Source: Geosiphon pyriformis uo1
Taxonomy: Eukaryota; Fungi; Glomeromycota
Direction: 5' to 3'
Assembly (NCBI GenBank): GCA_016748015.1
Contig: JAAOMT010000771.1
Location: forward strand, 66,443 to 130,442
Length of the DNA: 64,000 nt
A program made the position numbers and the translations under genes. The notes under the pieces were generated by a model. That model worked only from the letters and a program-made list of their open reading frames with translations, ran no database searches and was not told where the DNA came from. Within the stretch, counting starts at the first letter, position 1. The number at the start of each line of letters is the position of its first letter. Of the stretch, positions 13,880 to 26,600 are shown in pieces.

Positions 13880-16675
13880 GACAATGTCTGTGTTCCTGCA
13901 ATATAAGACGAATAGTGTCCCAGTACATCACTGATTTATAATTGGACAAAAAATTTTTTTTCAATTGTAAATCTTTCGCTAATAATAAAATAGCACAGCA
14001 CACATTTACAGCCTTCAAGAGTAAAATAAAGCTTGACAAAATTATCTTGGGTTACTTAAAGAAATCAGGTAATTAGTATTATTAGGTTTAAAATATCTGT
14101 CTGTTTACTGTACTCCTTTACTTACTTAAATGACAGAATACTGGACATCAAACCAAAAACCATCCTTACTTTCATATCTAACACACGTAAATTGTGAAAG
14201 ATCTACCCAAATTTTAGAAAAAAAAAAACTCATTCAGAATTTATTTTTGAATTAATAAAAATCTCAAAGCATTATAAAGACAATGGTAATCTGCATAAAA
14301 CAGTGGTTAATGCTTTATGGGAAGTTACTGTGAGTTTGAAGAGTTAGCAGTCATCCTGTTTGCGATCTTCATGCTGCAGCACTAGCAAGACCACTCAGGA
14401 AAAAACTACAAATGTTATACTGCTTGCATGATAATTCATCAGCTATTTTACTGGTTTCGGCTCTGCTAATGGACATTCTGGATATCTTAAGATGTCCAAA
14501 ATGCACATTTGTTGTCCTGTTTGTGATTTTCTATGCTACAACAACTGCAAGAGTGACCACTCAGGAAAAAACTACACATGTTATACTGCTTGTGTAATAT
14601 TCTATCAGCTTCAGTTCTGCTGATGAAATACCATTAATCCCTATCATTTAGATTGATTATTCTAAAATTGTTTTTTATTATAATAGGTTGACAAGAATTC
14701 AAAAGATGTGCAGAAGTTTTGGAAGAGCTATGAGCAAAATACAAAACTTCAAAAAAAGCAGAAATTGGTTGAGGTAAGATATTAAATCTTAATTATTATA
14801 TTTATTTATTTGATATTAACTTGAATTTTACTTAAATTTAGGCAGAAGACAATATTGAATATCTACAAATGGGTAACAAAAGTTTACAAGATGTTGTGCA
14901 TAAATCACAAGTGTCTCTTTTGACAGCTTCAGGGAAATGACAAGCCTGGTAAAATGTTTTTTTTTATGAAGTTTTATGATTTTCTAGTTTAATAATAAAA
15001 TGAAATATATTTGATAATAGTGAAGAAAGACTAGAAGATATTTTTGAAGGTCAGTTTAATTCAAAATAGCTAAGATTGTTTAGATGTTACTTTTATTTAC
15101 TAATTTAAAAAATTTACTTTGTTTTATATAACCTGTTTTTAACAAAAAATAGCTCTTTTAGTTCTTTGCCAGTTTTACAATCACCACTATTTCAAGATAA
15201 TGAAGCAGATACAGTGACTGAAATTACATCATTTGATTATTCAATCATAATTAATGATGTGGAGGAATTGCAATTGGAACTTTTACCTCGACAAGAATCT
15301 AGATGGATTATAAATAAAATTGATATTTCAGAAAAATAGTATCATTTTAAAGAGAAATCATTAAAGTTAGCGATGACAAAAGAGCTTTTTGTAAAGAATC
15401 ACGTGCAGCAAATATTGTAAGTATTTTAATTATTTTAATTTGTTAAGTAATTATAAAATCTAATTGTAATTACTTTATTTTATAGGTCAATGTCGCACAT
15501 TTTTTTATTAAAACCATGACAACATTGTCTATTAATGATTGAAATTTTTGGTCTAAAATTATTAGAAATGATGCATAAAAAAATATTGCAGAAATTTACT
15601 GAACAAGAAACAGAATTTAATTCTGAAATTTTAACCAAGCTTATACTAATTGTTAAGGCATTATTTATTTTATTTAAAACTAAGATTTATTTTGTTACAG
15701 CAATTGCAGCAGGACAAGATTACAAGATATACTGCAATAGAAGAGCTTCAAACATTTACAATTGGTTGTTCTTATGGAGAAATGTCCATTTTAGAAGCCA
15801 TTAAAAATATGTAAGATTGTATTAAATTATGAAACAAAAAGTTTTTATATCATTTAACATTTTTTATTTCTAATTATTAGCATAGAAAAAGTTCTTAAAT
15901 TTACATTGAAAAGTTCAGTTGGGAAATTTGAACTTTGTAATGCATACATCAATCTAGTTTTGAATTCTATTGTCACAGATCCAGATCGTGATATCTTTTT
16001 GCATTGGTAAGTTTTTTAATTAATTATCGCTCCAAAATTCAATATATACACTCTTTAAACTATAAAAAATTACAGGTCAAATAGAGAGGCACCTGGATCA
16101 AAGGCGAGAAAATTAACAGGCAGAGCAAGACAACCTGATGCAATAATAAACACTATTGATCAGTTATCTTGGGATTCTAGTAGAGGACATGGGGAGATTA
16201 AAGTGTAAGAAGAAGTGGATAATCTTTATAATCTTTGTGCCAATCTTATTAGGATTGCTACATTTAACAAAGATGAAATTGATGCTTACAATATCCAATA
16301 CATACTAGGTTTCAAGTTGTTGATAAGATTCAAAATAATTTTTTTTTCTTTTTTTAATTAAATACTAAACAAAAACTCTTAATAGAACTACATATTTCAT
16401 TTTATTTTACCACTCTCTTATATGACAGTTTATACGTTATGATGGAGATTAGTGATCTCAATGTTCCAATGTCACTTCAACAGCTTCTTGCTTTTCTTAC
16501 TAGTCTTGACACACTTCTCATTATATCTGATGCATACTGGAAGAATTGCTTCAAGTCCAACACTGTTGAAATGAAATTAAACAAGTGCAGTACCTTGGCT
16601 ACACCAAACTTCAAAGAGTTAATTGCAAACAGTTGAGATCGGCATTGGCATCATTTCTGTCAATTAGGTTTTTAA
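13880..16675 (+). pseudogene. Multi-exon PD-(D/E)XK restriction-endonuclease-fold pseudogene (Mucoromycota-type)
   Basis: Exons bounded by GT..AG introns encode 'ELCNAYINLVLNSIVTDPDRDIFLHW|SNRE..RQPDAIINTIDQLSWDSSRGHGEIKV*EEVDNLYNLCANLIRIATFNKDEID..|..MMEISDLNVPMSLQQLLAFLTSLDTLLIISDAYW'. In-frame stops are present. The 5' exons are less certain. Confidence 0.7.
14350..14635 (+). repeat. Diverged two-copy tandem duplication (~160 bp period) in an intron
   Basis: GACCACTCAGGAAAAAACTACA(A/C)ATGTTATACTGCTTG occurs at ~14390 and ~14555, with similar flanks. Confidence 0.85.
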
Positions 16676-16899
16676 TTTTTTCTAAAAAACTTTTTACGAC
16701 CTTTGGTATATTTAATAATTGGTGAAAGCCAAAAAATTTCTGTGTTAACTTTTTTGGTTTTTTAATTATTTTAATTATAAAATTATTAATATATATTTTT
16801 TTTTAAATATAAATATTTTGTAATACAAATTTAGATTTTTTTGTTAATAAAAAAATTTTGCAAAATTATTATAAAATTTTGGCAAAAACTTCTAAATAG

Positions 16900-19800
16900 T
16901 AAATTTTATTAGTAAATACTTGCACTTTTTTTACTTTTGCTATCTTAAAGACTCTTTTTATGTATTTATTAAATGTAAATTTGTATATAATAGTTTGTAA
17001 AAAATTTGTGCTAAAAAAACATCTATGGAATTTTTTTTCTAAGCAGTTATAGATTAATCGTCAATTAATTGAAAATTAACTTATCATATCAGTTAAACAC
17101 CACAAATATAATATTTTTAAAACTATCAACAATTTTATATTTGAAATGTATAATTTATTATATAAATGTTTTTTGAATTTCACTTTTGAACTTAATTCTA
17201 ATAAAAACAAAAACCTAAATAACTAAAATATCAAACAAACTTAATTTACAAAATTTACCAATTAATAAATTATAACAACTTAATTTTTTAAGTAAACTTT
17301 TATAATTTGGTATTATTACATAGAACAATATATTTAAAGATTTTGCAAATCTGAAGATTTTCTGGTAGTTTTTTGTATAAAAACAGATTAAATTATAATA
17401 TTGCTTTTAATAATTATTTTTTTGCTTCTTTTAACAGATTTATTTTGGTGGTTATTGAATTTTAATATATTAATTTTATGCTTTTAATATGTATCTTTTA
17501 TCAAATTATTTTTACTATTATAATTTTAACACTATTTATTTTAATAAGTTAATTTAACAACAAAACAAAAAAAATAACATAGCCATAATTAAAAATTATC
17601 AATTCAAAATAATAAATTATTGTTATATTTTGGTATTTGTTATTAATTAACAATATTTTAAAATGTCAAATTTCAACAAAAATGATTTAAATTTATAAAC
17701 TTAGATAAATAATTTATTTAGAATAAATATGTATTGACTTAAAAATAAAAAAAGTTTTTAAGTTTTTAATTATTTAATTATTAAACGTTTTTTTCAATGT
17801 TTTATTACTATTTATCTATTTATCTATTTTTATTTTTTTATTTAATTTTGGTATTTTTAATATTTTTCTTGTATTTTTTAATTTTTTTACTATATTATTT
17901 ATAATATAAATATCTAATTGACTAATTAATATCTTTTTTATTTATGTTGTTTTTTATTTAAATAATAATATTTAACTTAAACTTAAATTAATTTATTATT
18001 ATTATTTATTTAATATGTAAAATTTAATAATTATCTAATATAATATAATTTTGGTATTTCTATATATAACCAAATATAAATCTATTGATTTTAAAAAAAA
18101 CCTAATTTAAAAACATTTTATACATAAAACAACCAAAGTACAATTATTTTTGACTATTTTACTTTTATAATTGGCAGTATTATTTATATTAAACTTAATA
18201 TTAAGAACTTAAAGCTTTCAAAAAATTATTATATTAATAAATATTTTCTTATTAACAATATTACCAAAAATATTCATATTTATATTATTTTTAATATTAT
18301 ACTTGGTTTTTAGCTTATTAATTTTTATATACAATTTATCTATTTTATTTTCAAAAATATTAATTTTTTTTACAAAATAGAAAAAATATCAAATAATTTA
18401 GTTATTAAAACAATTAAAATACCAATAAACTTAACAATAAATTTAATAAGTAAAATCAATACTATCAATTTAGATTTCAAAAGTAACAATAAAAATGACC
18501 AAAAAACAATAATAATAAAAAAATTAATAAAATAAAAGTTTTATAAAATTTTATTTGAGTCTGTAATTGTTTTTAAAATTTTTGAATTCTATTTTGTTAA
18601 TATTAAGACTTTAAAGAAAAAATAAAAATATTTTGTAACTTATAGCCAATTAATTTGAATTTTAATATCTAAAATAATATTAACAATTATTATACAACAT
18701 ATTTTATATTTTAAGTATTAAAATTGGTTTTAATATAAATGCTTTATAAATTAAAAAAATTACTTAGAAAGCAAGAATTATTTTTTACATGTATTGTTTT
18801 AAAATATTCTTATTTGAAAATATTAGATGCCAATTAAAAATTTTTAATCAAGTTTAAATAAAATTATATAATAAAATAATAATAATAATACAAACAAAAT
18901 CATTTAAAAATATGAAATTTTTATTAATTTATTTTAAAAAACTTAAAACAATTAAATATTTTAAGAATATTTAAACAAATTTATCTTTATAATTATTTAA
19001 AGTCATTGATAAAATAAAAAATATTAAAATAAAAAAATTTAACTTTTATTTTCTTTGATATAATTTTTATGTACAGTCATTTTTAAAAAAATTGGCTTAA
19101 AAATAAATGTTAAATAATATTTTTAATTATTTTTTAACTATATATATTTCGTTTTTTTTAATATAGCTCTTATTTTTTTGATGCTATGTTTTTTTATAAG
19201 AAAATAATTTATATTTTTATTTTGGTCAAAATAAAAACTATTTTTAATTAATTTTTTATTTTGGTTTTTAAAAAAAATCTCTTATATCTTTTATTAATTA
19301 AAGAAAAAAATATTTTAATTATTTAATATAAAATTAAAAATTATTTTAACATCTTTAATAATATTATAATTAACAAATTTATTAAAAAAATAACTTTTTT
19401 AGCACTTTTTTATTCTGAATTATTTCATGAATATATTTTTTACAAACAATATAATAATTTTTGAAAATATTAAATACTTTGTTTATAATATTTATAAAAT
19501 TGTTAATTTTATTAAAAAGATTGTTTTGGTGCAAATATTATAAAAAATATTAATTAATAATATTAATTAAATTTAGACTATATATATTTTTTAATTTTAT
19601 TATGTTTTTTGTTAATTTATATATTTATATGTAAAAACAATCTATATTAATTTACTTGTAATAATTTACAAATATTTTTATAACAAAATTTATTTTATTA
19701 GTTTGTGTTTATTATATAATAATATAGATTTTTTGAATTATGTTTTGTTTATAAATTAAATATATTTTTGTATTATAAAGTTGTAAATACTTATTTTTTA

Positions 19801-21650
19801 CAATAAATTGCTTTAACTAGTGAATATATTATATTATTTTTGGTTTTTTAAACTTTATTTTTTAATAATATTAATATTAGTTTATATACAATATTATGTA
19901 AAAATTTTATCTTTAAAATTTAGTTTAAAAAAATATTTTAATTTTTGATAATATTAAAGTTATTATTTTAAAGCTATTTAATTTTATATATAACATAATA
20001 GCAAATTATTAAAGCAGAATTTGGTTATTAAGAAATAAATTTAAAATTAATATAAAGAATAACAATTTGGTGTTTATATTTAATTTTTTTGTTTATTAAT
20101 TTATTTGATATTTTTTTTAATAGTATAATATTATTTTGGTATAAATAAGATATTTAAAATAAGGTTTGGCTTTATTATTATATTAAACATTAATAATTTT
20201 AGTTAATAACATATATGTTATATATTATTGTTGTTTAATTATAATATAAACATAATTATTTAATTTATAATATACAAAAAAAAATTATATTGTTTTAATA
20301 TTTAATTAATATGTTTATATAAGATATTTGTTATATTAATTTATTTATTTAAATAAAATTATGATAAAAATAATTTTTTTATTCATAAAAAAAATAATAG
20401 AATTATAATTAATTGTTTATAACAAAGTAAATATATATATATAAATAAAAAAAAGATTTAAAAAAAAGAAGAAAAAAAAAATAACTTATTATTTACAATA
20501 AATTTATAATAAAAAATTGGTTTAATATAAAATTAATGTTTACAAAAAGACTATATATATAATTAAATTATATAAAATCTATATATTATATTAATATTGT
20601 TTTAATTATATTAATTATTATATATTAAATTAATTAATTTAGTTTAATATATTATTATTTTAAGTTAATAATTTAAGTAACTTAATATAATTAGAAACAA
20701 ATTGATTGATTATATTTTTTAGTAATTACTTTTAAATGATAATTACAGATTTAAAATATTAAATTATTTAAATAAAATTGTATAAGAATTTTGAAACATA
20801 ATAAAATCTGTTTTTATTAAATTATATATGTTATTTTTTTATTTTTATGAGGTTTTTTAATTTGCAAAAAAAAATTATATTTAATTTAAATTTTTGATTA
20901 GACTATATTATTATTTAATTATACTTAAATTAATTATTATTTTTTTACTTCTTTATTATCAGTTGATATTTATTTAATTAATTTTGATAATATAGTTTTT
21001 TACATAATTTTAATACTAATTTTTATAATATATGTTGTAATTTTTTACATGAAAATATTATATTTTTAATAATATAATAGCTTATATATATACAACTTAT
21101 TTTTTTCAAGTTTTGATAATAAAATTTTAATTAAAATAGATATATAGTATAGATTTAATTAGCGTAAATAATTAATTATATATAGCAAAAGCATAAATTA
21201 TGTTTAATTTACTATATTGTATTAAATAAGAATTGAATCTTATTTGTTAAATATTATAAAAAAAATTATTATTAATAAAAAAAACAGTATTCAGATTTTT
21301 TTTATTTTAAATAATATTTAAAGTCAAATTGGTAAATTATTTATTTAATTGTGTTGTTTTTAAATATATAATTATATTTATTTTATTTAATAGTTAAAAA
21401 ATATTATTATTACTTTTGGGTTTTAATCTAAATTAGATAATATTATTATTAAAACTAATATCTTAAAAAAAATTATATTTAAAAAAATTTTTAATTATTA
21501 ATACTATTTTAAATATTAAAATTTAAATTATTTGTTTGTAAATTATAAAATATCTTATTTTTTTCTAAGTTTTTATTAAAATTTGTGATTAATTTTAAGA
21601 TTTTTATAATTTATTTTGTTAATAAAAGTTTTATATAAAAATTGTTCTTT
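16900..21650. other. Extremely AT-rich tract, probably fully decayed TE sequence
   Basis: Almost no G/C and no ORF in the track over ~4.7 kb. No recognisable motif is left. Confidence 0.6.
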
Positions 21651-21785
21651 TTAATTATAAACAAAAAAAAACTTCTTTCTCTCTTACCTCCAAAAATCCT
21701 TAAAAAATGCTTTTTCTGAAAAAGAAGTCTTTTTATTTTTTATTAGTTTTTTTTCAATATTTCCTTAATCAATAACTCCTTCATC

Positions 21786-23671
21786 ATGGATTTGAAAACT
21801 GCTTCGGGCAGTAATATGTCAAAAAAGAAGGTGCCCAAAGATGTTTTTCATGGTTCTGCTGGTAGTTCTTTTGTTCAAAAAAAAAAGGTGGTTCTTGGCA
21901 ATGTTAAATACTCTGGTGATGAGAGAGATATCTCTTTGAGTAAATCTGAGCCTGGTGATAGTATGTATTCTGATGTGGATAGTCTGTCTGGTGATGATGA
22001 GGATGTTGGCATGTCAAGTGTATATGGAGCATCTCTTTTGGGTTCAGCTGCAACCACTCCCAAGGTGAAACATGTTAATACTGGCATAATGTTTGGTTTT
22101 CCATTTGGTTCTTCTGACTTCATTATAGATGATCATGAAATTGTGCTTCCTCCTCATGTATCTATCTCTCTAGAAAGAAAGTGAATTGATCCTAAAATTG
22201 TTAAAATTCAGGTAGAAGTGTCTGTGAAAAATTTTTTTGCTCTGGACATTAATTTCTCAGCTGTAGAAAGCAAATCGGCTACAGCCAAACCTCATGTCAT
22301 CAGAAAATTGTTTTTGAAAATCAATGGTTTTGGGGGGGCCACTACCCTCTCAAAATTTGAAGGGATCATCAGATTGACATTTACTTCATCAGAGAACATG
22401 GGAAAGGCCATGTCATTGGCCAGAGAAAATAACATCATAGTAAACAGCAATCTTAAGAGACAAGGAATTCACTCAGATTGGGCTGTGGTAATCAAAGAAA
22501 TTCCCATGGATACGCCAAAGGATATGATCGTCACTGCAGTCACCAAATTTGGTGAAATTAAGTCGATCAGAGTGCAACTAATTGGGTTATAGCAGAAGGC
22601 TATGGTAGAGTTTGCTGAATCAAGTCAGACTGATATGTTGGCTTCAAAATGGTCATTCCTAATTGGGAAAGATTCTGTGTGTGTGGCAAAAACTGTAGGA
22701 GATTGTAATATCTGGGCCTTTAGGAATTGTTTTAGGGCGCTTTTGTTTACTTTGCCAGTGAAAACAACTGCACATGATCTTAGTAATCTTTTGGATAATA
22801 CTGGTGGCAAAACTTGCATTATTAATCATTTGTTGGACACTGGCAATAGAATTTGTTGTGCTGTGGTTGGCTTCGAATCCGAGAATGATCTGGATTCTGC
22901 TTTTTTCACTAAGCCTCTTTTTGGTAATGTTCATCTTTCATGGACCAGATTGGATTTGGTTCAGTGTAGAAAGTGTGGACATCTTGGTCATTTGGTTCTA
23001 GAGTGTGATGCATCAGATATGTCATCTTTTGATCTCTTGAGTTCATTTAATAAAAAACGTGCTCCTGGTATGGATTGTCTTCAGTTGGCCAAATTATATG
23101 TAAAGAAAAATGTTCCTATCTCTCACTCTGCTGCCTTTGGTGGCAAATCATGGGCTCAGATAGTTCCTCTTGCTTCCTTTTTTGGTGGCTCTTCTTCTGG
23201 TTCTGGTCTTGGTGTTGGCTTCTCTCCCCCTGCAACTTTGGGTTTAGGTGGTGGTTCTCTCTCTTTTATGGTTAATGATTCTTCTTTAAATGCTCATTTG
23301 ATGTCTTTGAAACACACTCTCAAGCTGTTGGCTGACCAGGTTTCTGGTATTTTGAGGAAATTAAGTTTTGTTGAATTGGTGCCCATGGTTCCATCTGCTG
23401 GTGCTTCTTTTTTGGTTGGCTTTGTGCCTTTGGTCCCTGTTTTGGATTCTGATATGGCTCTAGACGATGAGTTGGTGCTGTCCACTCCTCATCTTCTGAG
23501 TGCTGATTGAGTGCTGGCTTCAGTTCAAGTAGTTTGAAGGTTCTAACTACCAAGATGAGTGGTTTGGAGTCTAAAATGTCGGCTCTGGAGGCTTCTGTCA
23601 ATTCTGTTTTGGTTAGATTAGATCTTTTGTGTTTTGGTTCGGGTTCTCTCTTACCTTTTTCTTCTCAATAA
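21786..23671 (+). pseudogene. LINE ORF1 (RRM-like regions, CCHC zinc knuckle, C-terminal coiled coil)
   Basis: Same-frame pieces at 21786, 22218 and 22602. 'VVIKEIPMDTPKDMIVTAVTKFGEIKSI', 'CRKCGHLGHLVLEC'. Frameshift near 23507, ends '..SSQ*' at 23671. Confidence 0.85.
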
Positions 23672-26600
23672 GTGCTTTAATATGGAAAATTACAACATGT
23701 AATGTTCGAGGTATCAATGTTCCTGCAAAGTAGGTGGATGTTTTCCGTTGGTATGTGGATTCTGGTTTGACAGTGTCTTTTGTTACTGAGACAAAATTAA
23801 AGTCTTTTATTGGTTCTTGGATCAAGGATAAATTTGATGGTGTTCAAATTTTTATTTTTGGTTTGAACATTGGTTTTCTTGGTGCTGGTGTTGCTATTAT
23901 CATGAACAATTCTTTGGCTCGTCATGTTTCTAAGATTAAGAAGGTTCCTGGCCGGGTTATTGCTGTGCAATTTTTGTTCAGAAATAAACTTTTGGTTTCT
24001 GTTTTTGATTTGTACACTGGTGTCTCTTCTGGTGTTTGTTTTGATTAGGCTTCTGAGGTGAATTCTCTTATTGCTAAGACCATTAACTCCAGCACTTTTG
24101 TTGTTCTAGGTGGTGACTTCAACAAAAATGGATTGGAAAAAAGTGCAAGTTTCAAATTCTGCTCAGGTCTGGGTTTGGTCAATTCATTGGTTGGCCAATC
24201 TTTGGTTGAGATTTCTACATAGAGTAATTCTAGGGGGGTCGAAAAGACCATTGATTTCATCTTTGTTAGTGAGAATTTGGTTTCTGCTGTTGTTGACCAT
24301 AGCATTGGCTCTGTTTCGGACTTTTTTGACACTAATCACAATGCTGTTATAGTTTCTATTGGTTTGGGTGGACTCTTAAATGTCCAGTTGAATAGCTTGC
24401 ATAAACAGGCTAACAAGGATTGTTGGAAGTTTAATATCAAGAATGCTGATGATGCTGGATGGTCTTGTTTTAGGGACTGCTCCTCTGCCATGATTTTGGG
24501 TATAATAGATGTATTTCATGTCACTGCTGCAGAGCTAGATTTGAATATTATGTGGTCATTGCTGGAGAAGATATTGGTGGATTCTGTGAATAAGACGTTT
24601 TCTTGGTGTTAGTTTAATGAGTTTCAGTGTTCAAGAAACAAACATTCATCTAAGTTTTTGGGCTTGGAGTTGCTAATTGTCAAAATTGTCAAAAAGTTTG
24701 GCTTAGCTGATACCTCTGATTTTGATTGCCTTGTATAGAAATGGTCTATATTAAATGCTGATAAGATTCTTGTGTTGGTGGATATAGTTCAGTCTGGTCG
24801 GAGAGGGGTCGATATTCTCAAGTTTTTATCAATTGTCAAGAGAGAGTACAGGAAATCCAAATTGTATGAATCGAGATTGTTACAGGAGGTCTCTATCAGA
24901 GACACTATTAGAAGTGCATGGAAAAATTTTGTTTTGACAAAGGTAGCATAATTAAGAGTGTTTTAGATCAGTTCTTTTGGAAGGTTGTTCTGAATCATTT
25001 GGTTGTTGATGATGAGCTTGTTTTGGAGCTGGAGGAAGTAAAATTGAAGGTTGATAAAATTATGGAGGGTTGGATGAGAAGGTGGGTGGTGCCTCCAGTA
25101 CTGCCAGATCTTTGGGCCCATCAGTATGCTCCCTTGGCATATGTTAAGGATGATACTTTTTCTGGTGTTATGAGTGTAGTCAGTTTGAATAAGTTGCTTT
25201 TGGTTGTTGGTGGTTTGTCCGATGGTAAAGCTGCTGACTTATCTGGCATCCCTAATAAACTTTGGAAACATAGTGATAAGAGGGTGATGGAGTGTCTCTT
25301 GGTGTTGTTGAATGCATGTCTATCTTTTGGTTCTGTGCCTGCTTTGTGGAAGAGAGCCTGGGTCTCAATGATTCCGAAACCTTATGATTAGGATGAGATT
25401 TTGACAAATACTCACTCTATTGCTCTGATTGAAACAGCCAGGAAAATTCTCTCCAAAATTCTCTTAGACAGGATCTCCTTCGCATGCAGCAAATTTGACG
25501 TTCTCCATGGTAACAATTTTTCGGTGCTAAAAAGTACTTCTACTCAATCTCCTGTGTTTGTTATTGGATTGGTAGTCAAAGATACTCTTGAGAAGAATAG
25601 AGAACTTTGATTGGTTTTGCAAGATATGTACAAGACATATAATTCTGTTGGTTGGCATCACTTAAGAGCTAGTCTGCATCATATCAAAATGTGTAAAAAG
25701 TTTATTGGCTTGTTTGGTGGTATTTATATGAATAGGATTAATAGAATAATAACTGATTTTAGTCTTTCAGGTGGTTATAGAGTGCATGATGGCCTTGATC
25801 AGGGTGAAGTCTTTTTGCCTCTTCTTTGGAGAATCTTTTATGATCCACTTTTGTGTGAAATTAAAAGGCATAAGCATTTGTGTGGATATCATGTTGATAC
25901 TAAGTTCATAGTGAAAACTGGCAGAATTGAGAATAATAATGGGATGACTTTCTTCTTTGCAGCTGGCACTTTTGTAAATGATACAATTTGGATTAGAGAT
26001 TGCCAGGCTTCCATGCAGTATGCTTTGAACATTGTTAGTGAGTTCTTTTTTATCAACAATATTTCTATAAACAATGAAAAAACAGTGGCCATACTAATTA
26101 ATCAGAGTGTCAAGGTTGCTTCTTTAAATATAAATGGTCAGCTGATTTCTATTGTAGAGAAGAGTGAGGCTCACAGATATTTGGAAATTTTTTTGTCAAC
26201 TGAGGGGTTGTCCAAACCCAGTTTGGCAAAGACTCATTCAGATGTTCGGTTTTTTATCAATGTGGTGCTCAAAAAAGCAATCATGGATAAGCAGTTTTTC
26301 TATTTGGTCTCAGCTGTCTTACAGCCCATTGTTAGTTATCGGACGCAGTTTAGTTTTGTTTCATTTGGTGTGTGCCACAAGTGAGATGTTTTGGTCAGAA
26401 AGAGCCTCAAATCCAAAGTGCATCTGCCTCAGGATTTTCCTGATTCTGCTCTGCATCATCCTTCACTGTATAATCTGAAGTCTTTTGAGCAGATGCAGTC
26501 TGAGGGGAAGGTGGCTTCATTGATCTCTTTGGCTAATGCTTCTGGCATTTTTGGCCACTTGTTTGAGCATAGATTTCTGGACTTGCAGATTCTGGGTTGG

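Noticed and set aside
16900-21650. Centromere, origin or mitochondrial insertion
   Set aside because: There is no repeat unit, tRNA/rRNA or mitochondrial gene signature. TE decay is the simpler explanation, and function cannot be judged from sequence.
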